In this document: positions 28,230 to 37,693 of the stretch, in pieces
Layout of the letters: every line of letters begins with the position of its first letter
How positions within the stretch are numbered: the stretch's first letter is position 1
From: Verrucomicrobiota bacterium
GTDB lineage: Bacteria > Verrucomicrobiota > Verrucomicrobiia > Opitutales > Opitutaceae
Direction of reading: 5' to 3'
Assembly (NCBI GenBank): GCA_041691855.1
Contig: JBEPTW010000001.1
Coordinates: 14,215-78,214 of the forward strand
DNA length: 64,000 bases
The notes under the pieces: model-generated
Seen by the model: the letters and a program-made list of their open reading frames with translations, nothing else
Databases searched by the model: none
What the model was told of the DNA's origin: nothing
Program-made: the position numbers and the translations under genes

Positions 28230-30008
28230 TTACTGCGGTTCGCGGATGGTGATTGTCTGATTGATGGCCGTGGGCCGGAGTTCCTGGCGTTGGCCGGAAG
28301 GCCATTGGATGACGATTTTCTGGATGCGGGTATCTTCCCCCAAACCAAACGTCAGACTCGAATCCGATTGCGCCATGAAGCCCATCGCCGGGGCAACTGT
28401 TCGGGTGAAAATGCGGCGCGGCGTATGAATTTCGACGCGCGCTCCGCCGGCGTCGGGCTGGCTGCGCGTGGCGATCAAATGCAGGCGCAACCATGGTAGT
28501 CCGCTGCGCTGATCGTTGCGCAGAACCACCGCCGGTCCGTTGTTCTGCACGATGATCACGTCGTCGTCGCCATCGCCGTCGATGTCGGCCAGCGCGATGC
28601 CGCGCGCGACCAGCGGCTGGGCCCACGTGCTGCCTTCGGCGACGGGTGCAGGCAGCCAGCGATGATTTCGCTCCACCAATAATTGCGGCCGGGCTGAGAA
28701 ATTACGGCCCTGCCCGAATTTATTCACATCGGGTTCGGCGCGAGCGTTGCCGGAAAACAGCGCGAGGTGTCCATTGAATTCGTAGTCGAATAACGCCACG
28801 CCAAATTTCCCCGCGAGATGCAGTTGGGCCTCGGTGACATCGGGCAGGGTCGGCGGCGCGCCGGCGGTGAACTGGAGCGCGGCGAGGCGTTCGTTGCGGT
28901 CGAGGGAATTGGCGAACGGCAGCAGGCTGGTCGACGCGAGCCCGGCGCTGGCGCCTTCGTTGCGGTTGTTGTTGCCGCCGGTCCACTTTTTGAAAGTGCC
29001 GTCGCCTTGATTGAGGAACAGAGCGTTTTCGGCGGCGTGATAGGAGAACAGCAAATCCAGTTTTCCGTCGCCGTTGGCGTCGACGGGCACGACGGCCAGC
29101 GCTTTTTCCACCGGGCGTCCGGTCTGGGCGTCCACGTTGCGCAGGCCCGCCGATCCGGTGACGAGAGCGAATTTTCCGTGGCCTAGGTTGCGATAGACAG
29201 AAGGAAAGGCGCTGACGAATCCGGTGGGCGCGCCATAGGAGCGACCGACGTCCGCGATGGTGAAGGCCATCGCCAGCGGAACTTCCTGCGGCCACCGCGC
29301 GTAGTGAACGACCACGAGATCGAGCAAGCCATCGCCATCGTAATCGATCCAGGTCGCGCCCGTGCTCCACGTCTGGTCGTCGCCGGCGACGCCCGCTTCG
29401 AGCGTGACGTCCTCGAACGTGCCATCGCCTTTATTGTGCAGCAGATGATTGGGGCCGACGCACGTGATAAAGATGTCCGGGTAACCGTCATTGTCGTAGT
29501 CGCCCACGGCGGCGCTCATGCCCTGGATGATCAAGTCCACGCCGGCCGCCTGGGAAACGTTCGTGAAGTGTCCGGTGCCGTCGTTGTGATAAAGCGCACA
29601 AGCCGACGCGCTGGTCCACGCACCGCGATCTTCCCACGGCCACGCCGTGCCATTAATGAAAAAAAGATCGGGATGTCCGTCGCGATCGTAATCGATCACG
29701 ACCACCGCACCGCCGAGGGTGGTGGGGGATTCCAGGGTCGCGGCATGATGCACGAAACGAATACCTGATTCTTCGGTGATGTTGGTAAACCGCGCGACTG
29801 GCACCGGCTGCGCTGCCGCACTCGTGGCGGGAAAAAATCGCGCGAACGTCACGCTGAGGATGATGGCCGCGATCACCAAGGTCAGCACGACGGGCAGCAG
29901 CGGGGAAATAGCCGTGCGCTCCGGCGGTCCGGCTGGACGGCGGACGGGTGGGGCATTGGGAGGTGGAAGGGGAGAACTCACCGGTGAAGCCCGAAAGGGC
30001 GTGGACAC
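28230..30008 (-). CDS. Membrane-anchored FG-GAP/VCBS propeller protein with C-terminal ASPIC/UnbV domain (CRTAC1-like)
   Basis: N-terminal TM, DYDRDG/DYDNDG/DYDGDG/DANGDG/DIDGDG repeats, GARVEI..FMAQSDSSLTFGLG..WPSG. Start uncertain (GTG 30008). Confidence 0.85.
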   Translation of the reverse strand: MSTPFRASPVSSPLPPPNAPPVRRPAGPPERTAISPLLPVVLTLVIAAIILSVTFARFFPATSAAAQPVPVARFTNITEESGIRFVHHAATLESPTTLGGAVVVIDYDRDGHPDLFFINGTAWPWEDRGAWTSASACALYHNDGTGHFTNVSQAAGVDLIIQGMSAAVGDYDNDGYPDIFITCVGPNHLLHNKGDGTFEDVTLEAGVAGDDQTWSTGATWIDYDGDGLLDLVVVHYARWPQEVPLAMAFTIADVGRSYGAPTGFVSAFPSVYRNLGHGKFALVTGSAGLRNVDAQTGRPVEKALAVVPVDANGDGKLDLLFSYHAAENALFLNQGDGTFKKWTGGNNNRNEGASAGLASTSLLPFANSLDRNERLAALQFTAGAPPTLPDVTEAQLHLAGKFGVALFDYEFNGHLALFSGNARAEPDVNKFGQGRNFSARPQLLVERNHRWLPAPVAEGSTWAQPLVARGIALADIDGDGDDDVIIVQNNGPAVVLRNDQRSGLPWLRLHLIATRSQPDAGGARVEIHTPRRIFTRTVAPAMGFMAQSDSSLTFGLGEDTRIQKIVIQWPSGQRQELRPTAINQTITIREPQ

Positions 30009-30052
30009 GTATTGCTTGTCTATCCTTGATCCACCGCAAACCATTTTGCGCG

Positions 30053-31138
30053 ATGTCAGAACCCCGCCCGTTTTCCCGTTCACTGCTGCGCTTGCTGGGG
30101 GCGTGGGCTTTTTGGACGTTGGTCGGACTGGCGTTTGCGAGTCAGTTTTATTTGTCGAGTACATTGCTCGGACGATCTGTGACTTGGGGGCAGGCCATCA
30201 GCTATTCGCTCGCGGATTGGTATGTGTGGGCGTTGCTTTCCGTCCCGATCCTCGCGTTTGCGCGGCGGTTTCCGCCTGAGGACGGCGCGCGGTGGCGGGC
30301 CGCAGGGATTCATCTCGTCGCGGCGCTCGTGGTTTCTCTTTTCTATGTCGGACTCCGCGCGCTCGTCGGGCAGGTGCACAGCCTGCTCATTCACGAACCG
30401 GTCACGTTTCTGGAAATTTTCCGGCCGTTGCTGGTTAAGACGTTTCCCTTCAACCTGCTGATCTACGGCGTGATTATTTCCGTCAGCCACGCGATCGATT
30501 ATTACCGCAAGTATCACGAGCGCACCGTGCGCAATCTGGAGCTTGAAAAGCACCTCGCGGAGGCGCGGCTGCAAGCATTGTTGCGGCAGTTGAAGCCACA
30601 TTTTTTGTTCAACACGCTGAACGGCATCGCGTCCCTGATGCACAGCGACGTGCACGCCGCGGACAAAATGCTCGTGCGCCTCGGCGAACTGTTGCGAATC
30701 ACGATGAGTCATCCCGGCCAGCAACTCACGCGATTGAGCGAGGAAATTTCCTTCATTGAAAAATACCTCGAAATCGAACGCATCCGTTTTCGTGATCGGT
30801 TGACGGTGGAATTTGAAATTGAACCCGCGACGCTCAACATCGAGGTGCCGAGCCTGATTCTCCAACCGCTGGTGGAAAACGCGATCCGGCACGGCATCGA
30901 GCCGCATGTGCGCACCGGTCGGGTGGTGCTCAGCGCACGCCGCACGGAGGGATTCGTGGAGCTGGTCGTGCGCGATAACGGCGCGGGCCAGCCGCCCGGC
31001 GGCTTCACGCGGGAGGGCATCGGCGTCGGCAACACGCGGGCGCGATTGCGGGAACTTTATGGCGAGCGCCACCGCTTCGAGCTGGCCAACCATCCCGACG
31101 GTGGCCTAGTCGTGCGCGTGACAATTCCTGTCGCCTGA
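30053..31138 (+). CDS. LytS/YehU-type membrane sensor kinase
   Basis: About 4 TMs, QLKPHFLFNTLN H-box, LQPLVENAIRHG, RDNGAG, GIGVGN. ATG at 30053. Confidence 0.92.
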   Translation: MSEPRPFSRSLLRLLGAWAFWTLVGLAFASQFYLSSTLLGRSVTWGQAISYSLADWYVWALLSVPILAFARRFPPEDGARWRAAGIHLVAALVVSLFYVGLRALVGQVHSLLIHEPVTFLEIFRPLLVKTFPFNLLIYGVIISVSHAIDYYRKYHERTVRNLELEKHLAEARLQALLRQLKPHFLFNTLNGIASLMHSDVHAADKMLVRLGELLRITMSHPGQQLTRLSEEISFIEKYLEIERIRFRDRLTVEFEIEPATLNIEVPSLILQPLVENAIRHGIEPHVRTGRVVLSARRTEGFVELVVRDNGAGQPPGGFTREGIGVGNTRARLRELYGERHRFELANHPDGGLVVRVTIPVA

Positions 31139-31142
31139 TCCC

Positions 31143-31922
31143 GTGAACAAAATTCGCACTCTCATCGTCGACGACGAACCGCTGGCCCGCGAGCGCCTGC
31201 GCGGGATGTTGAAGGACGACCCGGCAGTCGAGATTGTCGGCGAATGTGGCAACGGCACGGACGCGATCGCGATCATCAAGAGCGTCGCGCTCGACTTGAT
31301 TTTTCTCGATATGCAAATGCCCGGTTGTGATGGCTTGCAAGTGCTCGCCAGCGTGCCGGCGGAGAACCGGCCGGCAGTGATCTTCGCCACGGCGCACGAG
31401 CGCTTTGCCTTGGATGCATTTGAGGTGCAAGCGGTGGATTATCTTTTAAAACCCTTCGATCGCGAACGGCTGCAAGTCGCGGTCCGGCGGGCCCAGGACC
31501 AATTGCGCCTTCAGCGAACGACCGATTCGGAACGAAAATCAGACGACGCGTTTGCGTCCGTGGAGAATGCAGCTGCACCGAAGAAAAACGAGCGCCTCAC
31601 GGTGAAGGCCGACGGGCGGCTGGTGTTTTTGAAAGCCGAGGAAATTGTGTGGGTGGAAGCGGCGGACAATTACGCGGTGCTGCATCTCGTTTCGGGCCGG
31701 TTGATGCTGCGCGAAACGATGGCGGCGTTGGAAACGAGATTGGGGTCCGTGAGTTTTGCGCGGGTCAACCGGTCGGCCATCGTGCACCTCGATCAGATTA
31801 AGGAACTGCAACCTGCTTTGCATGGCGACTACACGGTGCTGCTGCGCGATGGGACGAAACTTCCGCTCAGTCGGAATCTGCGTGGGAAGCTCGATAAATT
31901 TGCCGGCGAAAATTTGGGATAA
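31143..31922 (+). CDS. LytTR-family response regulator
   Basis: IVDDEPLAR, FLDMQMP, DYLLKP; LytTR domain EAADNY..FARVNRSAIV..SR. Confidence 0.95.
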   Translation: MNKIRTLIVDDEPLARERLRGMLKDDPAVEIVGECGNGTDAIAIIKSVALDLIFLDMQMPGCDGLQVLASVPAENRPAVIFATAHERFALDAFEVQAVDYLLKPFDRERLQVAVRRAQDQLRLQRTTDSERKSDDAFASVENAAAPKKNERLTVKADGRLVFLKAEEIVWVEAADNYAVLHLVSGRLMLRETMAALETRLGSVSFARVNRSAIVHLDQIKELQPALHGDYTVLLRDGTKLPLSRNLRGKLDKFAGENLG

Positions 31923-31938
31923 GCGGGCTCCCGGCCGC

Positions 31939-31977
31939 GCATCGGCGGTTCGCCCCTCAGCATCGGCAATTCGCCCC
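31939..31977 (+). promoter_or_regulatory. Probable LytTR binding site (18-bp direct repeat, 21-bp period)
   Basis: gcatcggcggttcgcccc (31939) and gcatcggcaattcgcccc (31960), upstream of the haloperoxidase gene. Confidence 0.65.
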
Positions 31978-32071
31978 ATCGGGCTTTTCCCTCAGGCATG
32001 AATCTGCCTGATTCCCGCCTTAACCCCACGTGGCTCTTCCTGCCGCGGTTTGCTTCCCGTCATTCATTGTT

Positions 32072-33340
32072 ATGAAACCAACTCGTCTATTCCTCACGAC
32101 CGTCGCGATGTTTGCCTTTATCGGGCCAATCGCTCGAGCAGCGGATAACCCGGTTCTTTTTTGGAATAAGGAGGCGCTCGATGCCACCCGGCTTGCACGC
32201 AATCCGCCGCCCGTTTCCTCTTTCTTTTTCGCGACGTATCACGCCGCGATTTTCGATGCGGTCAATGGCATTGACCACACTCATCAGGGCTGGCTTGTGA
32301 CCGACCTTGCTCCCGCTGGGGCCAGCGTGGACGCCGCGATTGCCGCCGCGGCGCACACTGTGATGATCGCGCTCTGGAGCGCCACGACCAATCCGCACAA
32401 TATGCAGGTGACGTACGAAACGACGCTCGCCGCGATTCCCGATAGTCAGGCGAAAACCGACGGCGTTGCGTGGGGCGATCACGTGGCCAAGCTCGTGCTC
32501 GAGAAAATTTCGACGGCGGGTTACAACAAACCCGTTCCCGGAAAATATTCGAGCGACGAGCCGGGTAAATGGCGTGAAACCCCCGCCGCTTTCCGTCCGC
32601 CTCTGTTGCCTTTCTGGGGCCGCGTGCGGCCCTTTATCATGACGTCGCAGGATCAATTCCGCGCGCCACCGCCGGAGTCTTTGGGCTCTGAAGCCTACGC
32701 GAAGGAACTCGCTTTCGTGGCCAAGACGGGCGGTCGCGACAATGCCGATCGCACGGATTACCAGACGATGACCACGCCCTTTTGGAATGACGATCTCGGG
32801 ACGAGCACGCCGCCCGGACATTGGAACATGATCGCGGAAGATCTGGCCAAACGGAAAAATCTTTCGGTTCCGGAAACAGCCCGGTTGTTCGCACTGCTCA
32901 ATTTCGCCGAAGCCGATGCCGCTATTTCCTGCTGGGAAACCAAATATTATTACAACACGTGGCGACCGGAGACGGCTTTGCGCGAAGTGAACCAAGCGCT
33001 GAATCCGCATGCCGAGGCGATCCCGGATTTTATCCCAAATATGCCGTCCCCCTCATTTCCGGCGTATACTTCGGGACACAGTACTTTTTCCGGGGCGGGT
33101 GCGCGGCTGATGGCGATCTTCTTTGGTACGGACGACATCGAATTTTCCCTCACCTCCGATTCTCTGCCCGGTGCAGTGCATAATTTCAAAAAACTTTCGG
33201 ATGCACAAATTGAGGCCGGGATGAGCCGCGTGTGGGGCGGCATTCATACGATGTCCGACAACATTGAGGCGCAAAAAGTCGGCATGAAAATCGCGGACTG
33301 GACGATGGCTCACGCGCTGCTGCCGCTGAAGAAAGAGTAA
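32072..33340 (+). CDS. Exported vanadium-dependent haloperoxidase / PAP2-superfamily enzyme
   Basis: Signal peptide; all three PAP2/VHPO motifs intact: KYYYNTWRP, PAYTSGH, SRVWGGIH..D. ATG at 32072. Confidence 0.85.
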   Translation: MKPTRLFLTTVAMFAFIGPIARAADNPVLFWNKEALDATRLARNPPPVSSFFFATYHAAIFDAVNGIDHTHQGWLVTDLAPAGASVDAAIAAAAHTVMIALWSATTNPHNMQVTYETTLAAIPDSQAKTDGVAWGDHVAKLVLEKISTAGYNKPVPGKYSSDEPGKWRETPAAFRPPLLPFWGRVRPFIMTSQDQFRAPPPESLGSEAYAKELAFVAKTGGRDNADRTDYQTMTTPFWNDDLGTSTPPGHWNMIAEDLAKRKNLSVPETARLFALLNFAEADAAISCWETKYYYNTWRPETALREVNQALNPHAEAIPDFIPNMPSPSFPAYTSGHSTFSGAGARLMAIFFGTDDIEFSLTSDSLPGAVHNFKKLSDAQIEAGMSRVWGGIHTMSDNIEAQKVGMKIADWTMAHALLPLKKE

Positions 33341-33361
33341 TCCCCGACCGCTTTCGCCCCG

Positions 33362-34183
33362 ATGTCTCATTCACGACGCCCGCACGTTTCCGGCGAATCG
33401 GTCGACGCCGTTTTGCCGTGGATTCTACGCGTCGGCGTGGCGGCGTGTTTCCTCGGGCACGGGATGCTCGGCGTGATGCAGACGGCGGCATGGACGTCTT
33501 ATCTTGCCGTCGTGGATATCGGGCGCGACACGGCTCTTCATCTGATGCCGATCGTCGGGGCATTCGATGTGGCGCTGGCGCTGCTGGTGCTGATTCGACC
33601 GATCCGTGCGGTGGTTTTTTATATGGCGCTTTGGTGTGTCTGGACGGCGTTGCTGCGACCGCTCGCCGGCGAGCCGTTCTGGGAAGTGATCGAGCGGGCC
33701 GGTAATTTTGGTGCGCCTCTTGCCTTGTTTATCTTAATGCGAAGCGACGGCGCGAAGTCGTGGCTGGGCGGTTCGTTTCGTGACTTTCTCGATGAAGCAC
33801 AGAGTCGGATGCTCGGCTGGGTTTTACGGTTGAGCACAATGCTGCTCTTGCTCGGACACGGCGCGCTGGGATTGATCATACATAAATCCGCCTTCAGCAC
33901 GCAGTACTCGGTGCTCGGTCTGCCCGGCGCGACCATTGAACCTTATATTGGCGGTTTCGAATGCATGCTGGCGTTGGTGGTCCTCTTCAAACCCGACCGG
34001 CGGTTGCTGTTTGGTATCGTGGCGTGGAAGCTCGCGACGGAAGCGCTCGCGCCGATGGCCGGATCGCCGATCTGGGTTTTCATCGAACACGGCGGCAGCT
34101 ACGCGGCACCGCTCGCTCTGGCATTTTTGTGCGCGAAAAAATGCACCCCGGGGATGAGCGTCGCCGCGATTCCCGCGACCTGA
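33362..34183 (+). CDS. DoxX-like polytopic membrane protein with an internal duplication
   Basis: Two homologous halves: WILRVGVAACFLGHG..ERAGNFGAPLAL and WVLRLSTMLLLLGHG..EHGGSYAAPLAL. Confidence 0.65.
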   Translation: MSHSRRPHVSGESVDAVLPWILRVGVAACFLGHGMLGVMQTAAWTSYLAVVDIGRDTALHLMPIVGAFDVALALLVLIRPIRAVVFYMALWCVWTALLRPLAGEPFWEVIERAGNFGAPLALFILMRSDGAKSWLGGSFRDFLDEAQSRMLGWVLRLSTMLLLLGHGALGLIIHKSAFSTQYSVLGLPGATIEPYIGGFECMLALVVLFKPDRRLLFGIVAWKLATEALAPMAGSPIWVFIEHGGSYAAPLALAFLCAKKCTPGMSVAAIPAT

Positions 34184-34205
34184 ATTTCATTTGACCCTGC
34201 TCCCT

Positions 34206-37200
34206 ATGTTTAAATTCCTGCTTCCTGTTGCCTTGCTTGCCACCGGCTCCGCCCTGGCGGCGGATCTTCCGGCTTATACGACCACGCCGCTGCGCGCCCA
34301 AACGCCAGCCGCTCCGGGCGGAAAAAGATTTGAAATTCTTTCTCCCGCGGAAACGGGTGTGACGGTGCCCAATGCCTTCAGTGATCCGCGCATGTGGGGC
34401 AGCCGTTTTCGCGAACTCACGCTTGGCGCGGTTGAAACCGGCATCGCCGTCGGTGATTTTGATCGTGATGGGTTGATGGATATCTTTGCCGTTTCCAAGA
34501 ATGGTCCCTGCGCACTCTACCGGCAGGTTTCGCCTTATAAGTTCATCGATATTGCGCGCACCGCCGGAGTAACCTGCGACTCCGAACCATCGAGCATCAC
34601 CGGTGCGACGGTCGTGGACATCAACCAGGATGGCTGGCCGGATATTTATGTCTGCCGATACGACCAACCGAATTTGCTTTTCATCAACAACGGCGACGGA
34701 ACCTTTACCGAACACGCCAAGGATTACGGGCTCGATATCAAAGACGCGTCGGTGCACGCGGTGTTTGCCGATTATGATCGGGATGGGGCGGTCGATTGCT
34801 ACCTCGTCACCAACATCCTCGATTTTTCGAAGAGTCCGATGGGACGGAAAAATTACCTGCTGCACAACGACGGCCACGGTCACTTCACCGACGTCTCGGA
34901 AAAAGCTGGCATCTGGGGCTTGGCGCAGGGACACACTGCGATCTGGGTCGACGTCAACCACGACGGTTGGCCGGATATCTACGTGGCCAATGATTTTGAA
35001 ACGCCCGACCGCCTGTACTTGAACAAAGGCGACGGCACGTTCACCGACGTCGTCGACGAGCGGTTGCCGCACGTCACGTATTTTTCAATGGGCGCCGATT
35101 TCGGCGACATCAACAACGATGGATTGATGGATTTTATGATCACCGACATGCGCGACCGGAATCACCGGCAATTCATGACCGGCATGGAGGAAATCGGGCG
35201 CGGTCTGTGGGAAATGGAACGCGTCACCGAACTGATTCCGCAATACATGTGGAATGCCGTGTACGTGAATACCGGCACCGATCATTTTGCGGAAGTGGCG
35301 CATCTCACCGGGATGTCCGCGACCGGCTGGACCTTTTCTGCGCGCCTCGGCGATCTCGACAATGACGGGCGCCTCGACGCGTTTTTCACCACGGGCATGA
35401 TTCGCAATTTCACCGACGCCGACACGGTGGACAAACAAAACATTGCGCCGACGCTCACCGCTCGCGCCAACGTTTGGAAAAACGCTCCGCCGCGTCGCGA
35501 GACCACGATGGCGTTTCACAACCTCGGCGATTTAAAGTTCACCGACGTTTCGAAGGAATGGGGTCTCGACCACGAGGGCGTCAGTTTTGGCAATGTGTTG
35601 GTCGACCTGACTGGCAGCGGAAATTTGGATATTGTTTTCGCGAACTATGACGCGCCGCCGACGATTATTCGCAATCACACCGCAACCGGTCACCGGGTTG
35701 AGATTAAGCTCGCCGGCCGCGCGCCCAATCGCGACGGCATCGGAGCCGAGTTGCGCATCGAGACGGCCAGCGGCATTCAGGTTCGCCAGCTCTTCACGGA
35801 GCGCGGCATCGTTTCGAGCGAACCGCCGCTGGTCCACTTCGGCCTCGGTAACGACAACCGAATCAAGAAACTTTCGATCCAGTGGCCGCGGGGCCAAGTC
35901 CAGGTTTTGGAAAACCTTCCGGTGGACGAACTCCTCACGATCAACGAACCGGTGCTGGCGGAAAATGCCAAACCCGCGCCAGCGATCTTTAACACGCCGC
36001 CGCTTTTCGATGCGATGTATACGGAATCCGCCGCGAAGCACGGCCTGAAACACAGCAACGCGATTCGTCCTTTCGATGAATTTAACCGTGAGCGTTTGTT
36101 GCCGCGCCGCTTGAATGGACTCGGTCCGGTGCTGGCTACCGCCGACGTGAATGGCGACGGGATTGCCGATCTTTTCGTGACCGGAACTGCCGGTCAGTCG
36201 GGCGAACTTTTCCTCGGACAACCCGATGGCACTTTCAAACCCGCAGCTGACCAGCCTTGGTCCACCGCCACAGAGTGTGATTTCGTCGGGGCGACGTTCC
36301 TTGACGTAAACGGCGACGGTCATCTCGATTTGCTCCTCGCTGCGGGTGGCGTCCAGCAGAATGAAGGCAGTCCGTTGTTGAGCGACCGACTCTATCTCAA
36401 CGATGGCCATGGCAAGTTTACTCTCGCCCCGGACGGCACCATGCCTTCGAGCGGAGTGAGCACGGCGGTTCTGGCCAGTGCGGATTTTGCCGGTGACGGC
36501 CGGGCCGGGGTTTTTGTGGGCGGTCGCGTCGTTCCCGGAAAATATTCCGAGACGCCGCGTAGTTTCCTTTATCGCAATGTGGGTGGAAAGCTCGTCGACG
36601 TGACCGATGAATTTGCCCCTGGCCTGAGTTCCGTTGGAATGGTCACCGCCGCCGTCTGGGTCGACGTCGATGGTGACAAGCGCCCCGATCTCGTGGTCGC
36701 GACCGAATGGGGTCCGATCAGTTACTGGCACAACACTGGAAAAAAACTGGAAAACATGACCGAAAAAGCCGGTCTCACCGGCCGCACAGGTTGGTGGAGC
36801 GCCCTCACCGTGGCGGACGTGAATGGCGACGGTCGCCCCGATCTCGTGGTGGGAAATGTCGGGCTCAACACCAAGTATCACGCCACCGTTACGGAGCCGA
36901 CGGTTTTGTTCGCGGGCGATTTCGATGGCCGCGGAAAAGAGGAGTTGATCGAGGCACAGTATGAGGACGGAAAACTCTACCCGGTGCGTGGCCGGAGCAA
37001 ACTGGCGTATTCCTTCCCGTGGCTCCCGAAGAAATTTCCGTCCTACAAGTCATTCAGTCAGGTGACCGTCGAGGATATTTTCGGCGCCGACCATCTGGCG
37101 AAAGTCCGCGAGCTCACCGCGACCGAGCTTGAGAGCGGCATTTATATCAATCGCGGCGACGGCACGTTCGAATTCCAACCGTTGCCCCGCATCGCCCAAA

Positions 37201-37505
37201 TCGCGCCGATCAACACGATTGTCGCTCGCGATTTCGATGGCGACGGCAAGCTCGACCTCTTCTGCGCTGGAAATAACTTCGGTCCCGAGCCCTCGACCGG
37301 TCGCTTTGATGGCGGGTTGGGTGTGCTGCTTAAGGGTGACGGTAAGGGCGGATTTACCGCGCTTTCGGCGGCGCAGTCAGGGATTTCGATTCCGGGTGAA
37401 GCCCGCGCGGCGGTCGCGATTCTACTCGGAAGCTCGAAGCGGCCGGCCATCGTCGTGGCTCAACGGGAAGGTCCCGTCCTGCTTTTCACGCCCGTCAGTC
37501 GATAA
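34206..37505 (+). CDS. Large secreted double FG-GAP/VCBS propeller protein with a central ASPIC/UnbV domain
   Basis: Signal peptide, about 7 DxD/NxDG repeats, then GIGAEL..PLVHFGLG..IQWP, then about 7 more repeats. Confidence 0.88.
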   Translation: MFKFLLPVALLATGSALAADLPAYTTTPLRAQTPAAPGGKRFEILSPAETGVTVPNAFSDPRMWGSRFRELTLGAVETGIAVGDFDRDGLMDIFAVSKNGPCALYRQVSPYKFIDIARTAGVTCDSEPSSITGATVVDINQDGWPDIYVCRYDQPNLLFINNGDGTFTEHAKDYGLDIKDASVHAVFADYDRDGAVDCYLVTNILDFSKSPMGRKNYLLHNDGHGHFTDVSEKAGIWGLAQGHTAIWVDVNHDGWPDIYVANDFETPDRLYLNKGDGTFTDVVDERLPHVTYFSMGADFGDINNDGLMDFMITDMRDRNHRQFMTGMEEIGRGLWEMERVTELIPQYMWNAVYVNTGTDHFAEVAHLTGMSATGWTFSARLGDLDNDGRLDAFFTTGMIRNFTDADTVDKQNIAPTLTARANVWKNAPPRRETTMAFHNLGDLKFTDVSKEWGLDHEGVSFGNVLVDLTGSGNLDIVFANYDAPPTIIRNHTATGHRVEIKLAGRAPNRDGIGAELRIETASGIQVRQLFTERGIVSSEPPLVHFGLGNDNRIKKLSIQWPRGQVQVLENLPVDELLTINEPVLAENAKPAPAIFNTPPLFDAMYTESAAKHGLKHSNAIRPFDEFNRERLLPRRLNGLGPVLATADVNGDGIADLFVTGTAGQSGELFLGQPDGTFKPAADQPWSTATECDFVGATFLDVNGDGHLDLLLAAGGVQQNEGSPLLSDRLYLNDGHGKFTLAPDGTMPSSGVSTAVLASADFAGDGRAGVFVGGRVVPGKYSETPRSFLYRNVGGKLVDVTDEFAPGLSSVGMVTAAVWVDVDGDKRPDLVVATEWGPISYWHNTGKKLENMTEKAGLTGRTGWWSALTVADVNGDGRPDLVVGNVGLNTKYHATVTEPTVLFAGDFDGRGKEELIEAQYEDGKLYPVRGRSKLAYSFPWLPKKFPSYKSFSQVTVEDIFGADHLAKVRELTATELESGIYINRGDGTFEFQPLPRIAQIAPINTIVARDFDGDGKLDLFCAGNNFGPEPSTGRFDGGLGVLLKGDGKGGFTALSAAQSGISIPGEARAAVAILLGSSKRPAIVVAQREGPVLLFTPVSR

Positions 37506-37693
37506 TTGGAGACCATAATTCAGAGGAGCGTTGCGCGCGGTCAACTTTGAAACGTGCCTCACTTTCCATGTACTCCCACTCTGCAGCCGTGAGCCAAGTT
37601 CGTCACGACCATTAATTATTTTTGGAATACAAATGGCCGCGTGCACCTTTCGTGGCATGCTGCCGGCAGATTTTTCCAGCGACCCATTTATCC

